Shown: positions 38,158 through 46,452 of the stretch, in pieces | How positions within the stretch are numbered: position 1 is the first letter of the stretch | How the letters are laid out: every line of letters begins with the position of its first letter | From: Candidatus Sumerlaeaceae bacterium | GTDB lineage: Bacteria > Sumerlaeota > Sumerlaeia > Sumerlaeales > Sumerlaeaceae | NCBI GenBank assembly: GCA_051003195.1 | Contig: JBPCLP010000049.1 | Coordinates: 1-57,463 of the forward strand | DNA length: 57,463 bases | Direction: 5' to 3' | The notes under the pieces: model-generated | The model's input: the letters and a program-made list of their open reading frames with translations, nothing else | Database searches by the model: none | What the model was told of the DNA's origin: nothing | Translations under genes and position numbers: made by a program

Positions 38158-39012
38158 ATGTCGCTCGGTCTGATGCAGGAAAGTGCCGCAGCAGAAATCG
38201 ATGCCAAAGTACCGGCCATTGAAGTTTCCGATCTCACCGTCGCTTACCAGGATCATCCCGTGCTATGGGATATCGATCTTACCGTTCCTCAGGGTGTGCT
38301 CATGGCCATCGTCGGTCCAAACGGCGCGGGCAAAACCACGCTTATTAAATCGATTCTCGGGTTAATAAAACCCGCCGCCGGTCGCGTCCTTGTCTACGGT
38401 AAACCATACGAGCAGAATCGACGACTCGTCGGCTATGTGCCGCAACGTGGCAGCGTGGACTGGGACTTTCCCACAAACGCACTAGATGTCGTGCTGATGG
38501 GCAGATACGGCAAACTTGGCTGGGTGCGGCGGCCGTCCAAACAAGATCGCGACGTTGCAATGGAATGCCTGCACAAGGTCGGTATGCAGGAGTTTGCCGG
38601 TCGCCAGATCAGCCAGCTTTCGGGAGGCCAGCAACAGCGGGTTTTTCTCGCCCGCGCACTGGCGCAGGAAGCGCAGATCTATCTGATGGACGAGCCACTA
38701 CAAGGCGTCGACGCTACGACGGAGCGCGCGATTATTGACCTGCTGCAGGGCCTGCGTGCCGATGGAAGAACGGTGTGTGTGGTCCATCACGACCTGCAGA
38801 CAGTGGCCGAGTATTTCGACTGGGTCACGCTGCTCAATGTGCGGCGAGTCGCCAGCGGGCCCGTCAAGCAGGCTTTTACCACGCACAACTTGCGCATCGC
38901 ATACGGCGGACGCATCGCGTTTATCAGCGGTGCTGATGACGATACACAGTCATTTGGTCACTTGCATCCCCAGGAGCAACGCCTCTCTCCTTCACTCGAG
39001 CCTGAGCGGTAA
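38158..39012 (+). CDS. troB: Metal ABC transporter ATPase (TroB/MntB)
   Basis: [31 protein letters not shown] and VHHDL. Confidence 0.92.
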   Translation: MSLGLMQESAAAEIDAKVPAIEVSDLTVAYQDHPVLWDIDLTVPQGVLMAIVGPNGAGKTTLIKSILGLIKPAAGRVLVYGKPYEQNRRLVGYVPQRGSVDWDFPTNALDVVLMGRYGKLGWVRRPSKQDRDVAMECLHKVGMQEFAGRQISQLSGGQQQRVFLARALAQEAQIYLMDEPLQGVDATTERAIIDLLQGLRADGRTVCVVHHDLQTVAEYFDWVTLLNVRRVASGPVKQAFTTHNLRIAYGGRIAFISGADDDTQSFGHLHPQEQRLSPSLEPER

Positions 39013-39021
39013 AGTGAATCG

Positions 39022-40146
39022 ATGCTCGATCTGCTCTTCAATCACACTATTCGCGTTGTAGGCCTTGGCGCCGCTGTGCTTGGAATCGTCAGCGGTGCCC
39101 TTGGAAGCTATGCAGTTCTGCGACGCCAGAGCCTGCTGGGCGACGCCATATCACACGCAGCGCTGCCGGGCATCGCCATAGCCTTCCTGCTCACGGGCAG
39201 CAAGGCGCCGATGGTATTGGTGCTCGGCGCTGCGATCGCTGGCCTGGCGGGTACACTCTTAGTCACGAGCGTCGTGAACCTGACCCGTGTCAAAGACGAT
39301 GCCGCCCTCGGAATCGTTCTCTCCGTGTTCTTTGGTTTTGGTCTGGTGCTTCTTACCTATATTCAGAAACTTCCGAATGCTGCCCAGGCAGGATTGGACA
39401 AGTTCCTTTTCGGCCAGGCTGCTGCCCTGCTCGAGAGCGATGTATGGATGCTGATGGGAATCGCGCTCGCGGCACTTGTTGTTGTCGCGCTACTCTGGAA
39501 GGAATTCAAGCTGCTGACATTTGATCGCGACTTCGGAGCCAGCCTTGGGTTTCCCATTCGCTCGCTTGAGATCCTACTGACGGGGCTCCTCACGGTTGCC
39601 ATTGTGCTCGGCTTACAGACAGTTGGAGTCGTACTGATGAGCGCGATGGTTGTCGCCCCGGCTGCCGCGGCCAGGCAATGGACAAACCGCCTTAGTATCA
39701 TGGTACTGTTGAGCGCCGCGTTTGGCGGAGCGTCCGGTGTGGCCGGCGCAATCATCAGCAGTACGGTTTCGCATATGCCAACCGGCCCTACAATTGTCAT
39801 TTGTATAACACTCATCGTCGTAATCTCGCTCGCGCTCGCGCCTCGTCGCGGAATAGTCTGGAGCTGGCTGCGCGCCCGCAGCAACGCGCACCGACTGCGG
39901 CTGACGAGTGTGCTGACAGATCTTTACGAAATGGAGATCCAGCACGCGCCGGGAATGCCGCACGGCCACACCATCCCGGCCATGCGCGTGATGAGCTACG
40001 GGCACGACGGCGTTAGAACCAGCCTGGAGCATCTGGACAACCGCGGATGGGCTTACGAAATTGCGCCAGGCCGCTGGGCACTTACGCCAGAGGGCCTCGA
40101 AACAGCGCGCAAATTTGCCGCGGCCCCCGGAGGGCTGCTCGAATGA
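39022..40146 (+). CDS. troC: Metal ABC permease (TroC/MntC) with a C-terminal winged-helix-like tail
   Basis: SLLGDAISHAALPG, KEFKL..FD and LQTVGVVLM; soluble tail ending WALTPEG. Confidence 0.9.
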   Translation: MLDLLFNHTIRVVGLGAAVLGIVSGALGSYAVLRRQSLLGDAISHAALPGIAIAFLLTGSKAPMVLVLGAAIAGLAGTLLVTSVVNLTRVKDDAALGIVLSVFFGFGLVLLTYIQKLPNAAQAGLDKFLFGQAAALLESDVWMLMGIALAALVVVALLWKEFKLLTFDRDFGASLGFPIRSLEILLTGLLTVAIVLGLQTVGVVLMSAMVVAPAAAARQWTNRLSIMVLLSAAFGGASGVAGAIISSTVSHMPTGPTIVICITLIVVISLALAPRRGIVWSWLRARSNAHRLRLTSVLTDLYEMEIQHAPGMPHGHTIPAMRVMSYGHDGVRTSLEHLDNRGWAYEIAPGRWALTPEGLETARKFAAAPGGLLE

Positions 40147-41252
40147 GCGACCAGCTTACTATACAGGTCATTGCTGCCGTCACTGCAATCGCATGCGCTT
40201 TACCCGGCGTCTTCCTCCTGCTTCGGCGTATGTCGCTAATGAGCGACGCGATTAGTCACGTTGTGTTACTTGGAATCGCGATCGGTTTTCTACTGACCCA
40301 CGATCTCGCCTCCCCGTTGCTCGTTATAGGTGCAGCCATCACGGGTGTGATCACCGTCTCTCTGGTCGAGCTGCTTTCTCGCACACAACTTGTCAAACGC
40401 GACGCCGCCATCGGCCTTGTGTTCCCCGCCCTGTTCAGTGCGGGCGTCATTTTGATTTCCAGGAACGCAGGCGATGTACATCTCGACATCGATGCGGTGC
40501 TACTGGGCGAGCTCGCCTTCGCGCCTTATAACCGGTTTGCCCCGGGAGGCCATGACCTTGGTCCGCAGGCTCTATGGCTGATGTGCGGCATCCTGCTTCT
40601 CAACGTGCTGTTCATCGCGTTGTTTTACAAGGAGCTGAAACTCGTAACCTTCGATTCCGGCTTGGCTGCCGCGCTCGGCTTCTTACCGGGTCCGCTCAAC
40701 TATGCGCTGATGACACTGGTATCCGTGACCGCCGTGGGCGCATTTGATTCTGTTGGATCGATACTCGTCGTCGCTTTGATGATCGCACCCGCCGCAACTG
40801 CATACCTTCTGACAGATCGCCTGTCCCGAATGCTCCTGCTCAGTGGTTTCATTGGCGTCGTGGGCGCCATCACGGGATACTGGTTCGCGCATCTGCTGGA
40901 TGCAAGCATTGCCGGATGCATCGCAACGATGCTCGGCGTCTTGTTCGCCATGGCTTTTACCTTCGCGCCAAATCGCGGACTTGTCGCCATAGCCCGCCGA
41001 AAGTCCACACAGCGCACCCAGTTCGCACAAAAAATGCTCACGATTCACCTGCTCCACCACGAAGGGAAACCGGAAGCTGCTGAAGAAAACCGGCTCGAAC
41101 ATCTGCCTCTGCACTTGCGCTGGTCTCCCGGTTTCGCAGCTGGCATTGTGCGACTGGCAGAACGCGAAGGTTTAATCCGTCAGGAGCCGGACGGGACATT
41201 GGTGCTGACTGACGGCGGTCGCCAAAATGCTGCCGTGGCGATGGTAGCCTGA
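40143..41252 (+). CDS. troD: Metal ABC permease (TroD/MntD) with a C-terminal winged-helix-like tail
   Basis: ATG at 40143 overlaps the troC stop; DAISHVVLLG, VHLDIDAVLLGE and AFDSVGSILV. Confidence 0.9.
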   Translation: MSDQLTIQVIAAVTAIACALPGVFLLLRRMSLMSDAISHVVLLGIAIGFLLTHDLASPLLVIGAAITGVITVSLVELLSRTQLVKRDAAIGLVFPALFSAGVILISRNAGDVHLDIDAVLLGELAFAPYNRFAPGGHDLGPQALWLMCGILLLNVLFIALFYKELKLVTFDSGLAAALGFLPGPLNYALMTLVSVTAVGAFDSVGSILVVALMIAPAATAYLLTDRLSRMLLLSGFIGVVGAITGYWFAHLLDASIAGCIATMLGVLFAMAFTFAPNRGLVAIARRKSTQRTQFAQKMLTIHLLHHEGKPEAAEENRLEHLPLHLRWSPGFAAGIVRLAEREGLIRQEPDGTLVLTDGGRQNAAVAMVA

Positions 41253-41253
41253 A

Positions 41254-41760
41254 ATGACCACTCCGGGAAAGCGCACGCCAGGCGCACGTGCGGGTACGCT
41301 GGCTGACACCCCCGCCGGGAGTTCTGCTGAGTCCACGCGTGCGGCGCAATTGGCAGCCAGTAACCAGAGTGTGGAGGATTACCTTGAGCGGATCCACGAA
41401 CTCATTGAAGAGCGCGGTTACGCACGCCCGATAGAAATTGCCGCAGCCTTGGGAATCCGTCAATCCAGTGTCACCAAAATGATGCAGCGGCTGCATGAGC
41501 GCGGCTATGCAAACTACGCAAAGCACCGAGGCCTCACTTTAACGCTCGCCGGCGAACGCGTTGCTCTGCAGATAAGGCGCAGGCACCGTACGATCAGCGA
41601 GTTCCTGCGCCTGCTCGGAGTGCAGGAGAAAAGCTTGCAGCGCGATACCGAGGGCATGGAACATCATATCAGCGCACAAACCATGACTCGCCTCGAGACA
41701 TTTCTTGCATTTCTGCAGGAAAACCCCGACGTAGTTGAACGCTACCGCAGCACAAAATAA
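41254..41760 (+). CDS. mntR: DtxR/MntR-family metal-dependent repressor
   Basis: SVEDYLERI, HTH SSVTKMMQRL, RRH and EGMEHH, matching the MntR-type ligand pattern. Confidence 0.88.
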   Translation: MTTPGKRTPGARAGTLADTPAGSSAESTRAAQLAASNQSVEDYLERIHELIEERGYARPIEIAAALGIRQSSVTKMMQRLHERGYANYAKHRGLTLTLAGERVALQIRRRHRTISEFLRLLGVQEKSLQRDTEGMEHHISAQTMTRLETFLAFLQENPDVVERYRSTK

Positions 41761-41786
41761 TCCAGGAACCTGGCGGCGCCGCAAAA

Positions 41787-43127
41787 TTGCACCCGATACC
41801 CGAGCCGTTTCATTCCCATGCGGTCGAGCGAGCAGTTCGAAAGATTTCGGATTCGATCGAAGACAACGAACTCCGCGCCACTTTTCTGAGCTGTGCGACA
41901 AGGACACTGCGAACTTCTGTTTTGTTCCACAACCATCCACACGCACCGGACACATTCATTGTCAGCGGCGACGCTCAAGCCATGTCGCTGCGCGATTCAG
42001 CCGCACAAGTCCACGCTTATATCCGTTTTCTGGGTGAGGATGAGCAGCTCGCAAAAATGGTTCAAGGACTTGTGCGGCGCCATCTCCGTTCGATACTCAT
42101 CGACCCCTACGCCGACGCTTTCACCTACACTCCCATTTCGCAGACAGAGCATTCAGCGGATTTAACAACAATGAAGCCGGGCGTCTTCGAACGCAAGTAT
42201 GCCATCGACTCGCTATGCTATACTCTCCGCCTGGTCTTCAGTTACTGGTCAGCAACGGGCGACGCGGAGGTCCTTGATGACGAGTGGCAACGAGCCATGC
42301 GACGCGTTGTCGAAATCTGGCGACTTGAACAAAACCATGCCAGCGACAGTGGCTACAGGTTTCAGCGGCTGCATTGCCCCGACACAGACACCTTGTCGCA
42401 TAGCGGCTTGGGATCACCGGTTGCGTTTACGGGAATGTCATGGAGCGGTTTTCGCCCAGGCAATACCCGTTGCGAATACCACTGCAACATTCCTGGTCAG
42501 GCTTTCGCAACTGTCGCACTTAGCCACCTCGCGGATCTTGCGGTTACACGCAGCCTTTCACAACTCGCTGAGGAAGCGTATGCACTGCAGGCTGATATCG
42601 GCTCGGGGATCGAGAAGTTTGGTAAAAGAATCCATCCACAAACCGGTGAATCAGTCTATGCGTATGAAGTGGACGGGCTGGGCAACGCGACATTCTTAGA
42701 CGACCCAACGCCACCGAGCCTGCTGAGTCTTCCATATCTGGGATTCTGCCAACCCGATGATCCTGTTTACTGCGCAACGCGCTCGTCGTGCCTCACCCGG
42801 TGGTTTACAGCCTCCTCCGAGCGTCCACCTGAGCAACTCACTGGTGCCGCACAAGCGGCTACCTCCACGGAATACCCAATGGCCATGATAATGTGCGCCC
42901 TTACAAGCACCAGCCAGGCCGAAATACATCACTGTCTTGCGGCGCTGCTAAACAACAATCCTGGCGCGCGACAGGTGATTCACTCAGAAGCGGGAAACGA
43001 CGGGCACGAATTTGCCCGGCCATGGACGCCAACAGCAACTTCGCTCTTTGGAGAACTTATATTCCATCTCGCTGAACACTGGCCCCAGGTGCTCGTCGAT
43101 TTTCGGTCCCCCCGCCCAGGCGATTGA
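41787..43127 (+). CDS. GH125-family homolog with degenerate active-site motifs
   Basis: GD..AM.LRDS, ERKY.IDSL, WSGFRP, YAYEVDG, PSLLSLPYLG and SLFGE. Confidence 0.85.
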   Translation: MHPIPEPFHSHAVERAVRKISDSIEDNELRATFLSCATRTLRTSVLFHNHPHAPDTFIVSGDAQAMSLRDSAAQVHAYIRFLGEDEQLAKMVQGLVRRHLRSILIDPYADAFTYTPISQTEHSADLTTMKPGVFERKYAIDSLCYTLRLVFSYWSATGDAEVLDDEWQRAMRRVVEIWRLEQNHASDSGYRFQRLHCPDTDTLSHSGLGSPVAFTGMSWSGFRPGNTRCEYHCNIPGQAFATVALSHLADLAVTRSLSQLAEEAYALQADIGSGIEKFGKRIHPQTGESVYAYEVDGLGNATFLDDPTPPSLLSLPYLGFCQPDDPVYCATRSSCLTRWFTASSERPPEQLTGAAQAATSTEYPMAMIMCALTSTSQAEIHHCLAALLNNNPGARQVIHSEAGNDGHEFARPWTPTATSLFGELIFHLAEHWPQVLVDFRSPRPGD

Positions 43128-43517
43128 GCAGGTTGTAAATAATGCTGCCCACAGCCGAGCAGGGACCGACGACCATCTACCAGGCGTTCCCCAGCAAGGC
43201 ACGAGTAACCCGGCTGGGCAGCCACAGCCCGCGGCTCAGCAGCCCGGCGGCCAGGGCGGGCAAACGCAAGGGGCCACTGCCGGCGTACCTGCAAGGCAGT
43301 CCAGCCCGCAGTAACGCTTCACATCTGAGTCGTTTAGCGCTCCGCTACCGCGGAGCGCTTTCTTTTTGTGCGCCCTCCAGCACTGACGAGAAACCCTCTG
43401 CATGCTCAAATCCTGAGCTTGACGTAAGCCTTCCGTGCTATCAAGACTGCAATGTTCGGCTCGGTCTCTCCACATGGTGGAAGACCTCGCCATTACCAGG
43501 ATCGGTGGGAGTATAGG

Positions 43518-46343
43518 TTGGACCGTCGTTTCGTCAGAGTCATAGTCGCACTGTTCTACCTCGGCTATATCGCCGCGATTTGGGCAGCATGGCCCGCGCT
43601 TATTGAGAAGGCGAAAGAGCATTCGCCACAGGGAGCGACGGGCATTGTTGTCGTCGGTGCCATCATGGGTGCGCTGGCATTGCTGCTCGTAGTCAGCAAG
43701 CTGGCCGATATCATCACCGTTAAGAAAAAACCGGACGACGGTAAGCTTAATCCATACGAGATTCGTGAAAGAGCGGAACGCGAAGGAGAAGCCGCCGTTA
43801 AGGCGAAGGAATTCGAAAGAGCGCTCAAGATTTACGAACATGGCGGCCTGACAAATAAAGCCGTCGATATTGCCCGGCAACTGAACGACAAGCAGGCGCT
43901 GGTGCGACTTTACACGAAGCTTGGCTTTCACGACCGTGCCCGCCGCATCAGTGTTGAGCTAAAAGATTATGAAACCGCCGCACAATCGTCAGCTCTGATG
44001 GGTGAAATCGATGTGGCGCGCGAGCTCTACAAGGAAGCGGCTGCGGCTCAGGAATCCAGGGAAGTTGCTCCCATCGTAATCGCCGGATTATGGGACCGGG
44101 CTGGTGATTACCTTACGGCCGCGAGGCTTTATGAGGAAGCAAGCGATCTCGATCTGGCATCGGAATGCTACTCACTGTTACACGATGCCGTTAACGCCAA
44201 ACGCTGCATGGACAGCGCCAAGGTTTTACAAGCGTACGAGCGCCGCGCCTCATTCACTACCAACACCGATGACGAGCGCTACCGAACAGATATGGCTCAG
44301 GGCGCAAAGCTTCTGGAGGCAGTCGGAGACTTTCTCGGCGCCGGCCTTGCCTTCAGGAAAGCCGAGTTGCTGCTGGAAGCAGCGATCGATTTCGAACGCT
44401 TCCAGGAATGGGAACGCGCGGCCCGGGCTTACGACGAGGTTGGCCTGAAAGACCGGGCCGAGCTCGCCCGCACCCGCTTACCTGCGATCACACCGGCGCA
44501 TGATTCGTCAATGGGCGCCGACAGCAGCTCGCAGCAAATGATGTACATGTCTCCGCCCTCGTCCGCTCCACTACCGGCCAATGCTCCAACTCCCCCGCCA
44601 TTTGTTCCCGTCGCAGTCCAAATGCACCAGGTTCCCTATGCGCCGGTCTACGCTTCTCAACTCAGCACTACGGACCCGGATCTTCCCGTAAAGGTTGCAC
44701 AGCGTGTACGACGCGGCCACTTCATTGAAGCAGCTGAGTTCGCCCTCGAAGGGAATGACTGGTTGATGGCTGCCGCTCTTTACGAGCAGGGAGGCGCATT
44801 ACTCCAGGCTGCTGATCTTTATCGAAACATTGGTAAAGTTACAGACGCAATGTTCTGTCTGCAGCGCGCAGGCCGCATGCGCGAAGCGGCGCTGCTTGGG
44901 ATCGCTATGGGGCAGGAAGAAAAGGCCCGCGACATGCTGCTCAAGCATGTATTGGAGAATCAGGACCAGGAAGCAGGACTTCTTCTCGCTGACATTTTGA
45001 TGCGCGAAGGCAAAAAAGAAGAAGCAGCCGAACTGCTCCGTGTGCGTCTTGCACCGCGCGGAATTAACGAAGAAACCGCAGCGCTGCATTATTTGTTTGC
45101 ACAGCTCCTTGAAAAATATGGCTCAGCAGACGAGGCCGTCCCTTACTACCGCGAACTCACCGCCGCCGGCGCGGACTCACCCGAATTGCGTGAGCGTCTT
45201 GCCGAGTTGGATCCAGGAGCAGTCGTTGCGGCGCACGAGATCGAACAGGACAAGGAATTCTGTCTCGATTCTGTTCTCACCGCCGAGGCAAACAACGGCC
45301 AGACAGCCACTGCTAAAAAGTTTAAGCTCGATCTGCAAACGCTCGGGCGAGCGGGACTTTCCAACGTGCGACAGAACGTTTCCTTATTTGGGGCCCCGGC
45401 AGCCGGAGCAGACAGCCTGTTTGATCCCGTTTCCACAACCGCGATGCTCGGTCCCACGGTAACGGGAACTCGGCCTCCAACCACAGGCAGGCCTGCTGCG
45501 GCGCCGGTAGATCCATTTTCCGGTGCTCAGCGTTACGAACTGCAACGTGAAATTTCGCGCGGCGGCATGGGCGTCGTCTACGAAGCATTGGACACGGCTC
45601 TCGGTCGCAGCGTAGCACTGAAACTTATTCTGAACCAGCAGGCCTCCACGGAGGAGTTTCAGCAGTTCCTTCTCGAAGCTCGGGCCATCGCACGGCTTAA
45701 CCATTCCAGCGTTGTCACGATGTACGACATCGGTTTGATGGACCTGAAACACTACATCACAATGGAACTTGTGACCGGCGGCTCGCTTGGCGAATATGTC
45801 ACCGCAAACCCCGAAGGTCTCCCGCTCAAAGAAGCACTCCGTATCTTTGTAGATATCGCGAGCGGGCTGCAGGCTGCTCATGATGCCGGAATCGTACATC
45901 GCGATATCAAACCCGGCAATCTGCTGCTTACGGACAAAGGTGCTGCGAAAATTGTCGATTTTGGCCTGGCCAAGCTGGGCGAAAAAGCCGGCAGCACTGG
46001 CGAAACGATTTTCCGGACGTCCGGTACTCCCGGCTACATGGCCCCGGAACAGATCGAAGGCGAAGAGTCGCTGCCGCGTGTCGATATTTACGCCTTGGGA
46101 ATCGTTCTCTTCTTCATGCTCGTTGGCAAACCGCCACATGCCCTCACCGGGCGCACAAAGCCGCGCCAGATTGCTGCGTTTCAGCTATCCGGCACTCTAC
46201 CTTCATTGCGTGAGCAGCGGCCCGACGTTCCTCCAGCACTCGAGGAAATCTATCGCTACTGCACGACCCTCGAACCAGACGAACGCTACCAGTCCATCCA
46301 CCAGTTTTTGCCACTCGCGGAAGAATGGCTGGCCTCACTCTAG
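43518..46343 (+). CDS. Membrane-anchored TPR-like repeat protein with a C-terminal Hanks-type Ser/Thr kinase
   Basis: Two N-terminal TMs, AA.LYE.AG repeats, RGGMGVVY, VALK, HRDIKPGN, DFG and GTPGYMAPE; start TTG 43518 after GGGAG (alternative ATG 43452). Confidence 0.9.
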   Translation: MDRRFVRVIVALFYLGYIAAIWAAWPALIEKAKEHSPQGATGIVVVGAIMGALALLLVVSKLADIITVKKKPDDGKLNPYEIRERAEREGEAAVKAKEFERALKIYEHGGLTNKAVDIARQLNDKQALVRLYTKLGFHDRARRISVELKDYETAAQSSALMGEIDVARELYKEAAAAQESREVAPIVIAGLWDRAGDYLTAARLYEEASDLDLASECYSLLHDAVNAKRCMDSAKVLQAYERRASFTTNTDDERYRTDMAQGAKLLEAVGDFLGAGLAFRKAELLLEAAIDFERFQEWERAARAYDEVGLKDRAELARTRLPAITPAHDSSMGADSSSQQMMYMSPPSSAPLPANAPTPPPFVPVAVQMHQVPYAPVYASQLSTTDPDLPVKVAQRVRRGHFIEAAEFALEGNDWLMAAALYEQGGALLQAADLYRNIGKVTDAMFCLQRAGRMREAALLGIAMGQEEKARDMLLKHVLENQDQEAGLLLADILMREGKKEEAAELLRVRLAPRGINEETAALHYLFAQLLEKYGSADEAVPYYRELTAAGADSPELRERLAELDPGAVVAAHEIEQDKEFCLDSVLTAEANNGQTATAKKFKLDLQTLGRAGLSNVRQNVSLFGAPAAGADSLFDPVSTTAMLGPTVTGTRPPTTGRPAAAPVDPFSGAQRYELQREISRGGMGVVYEALDTALGRSVALKLILNQQASTEEFQQFLLEARAIARLNHSSVVTMYDIGLMDLKHYITMELVTGGSLGEYVTANPEGLPLKEALRIFVDIASGLQAAHDAGIVHRDIKPGNLLLTDKGAAKIVDFGLAKLGEKAGSTGETIFRTSGTPGYMAPEQIEGEESLPRVDIYALGIVLFFMLVGKPPHALTGRTKPRQIAAFQLSGTLPSLREQRPDVPPALEEIYRYCTTLEPDERYQSIHQFLPLAEEWLASL

Positions 46344-46439
46344 TGTGCCGAATCAGTAGTTCCTTACCAGACCAAAGAGCAGATTTGACCTCGATTCGGC
46401 ACACAGAACAGATTACGAACTAACGGTAGACCACACTAG
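46340..46439 (+). mobile_element. MITE-like repeat copy D, best preserved, CTAG at both ends
   Basis: CTAG-TGTGCCGAATC..AGTTC..GATTCGGCACAC..TACGAACTAACGGTAGACCACA-CTAG (100 bp). Confidence 0.8.
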
Positions 46440-46452
46440 CGCTAGCTTAGTT

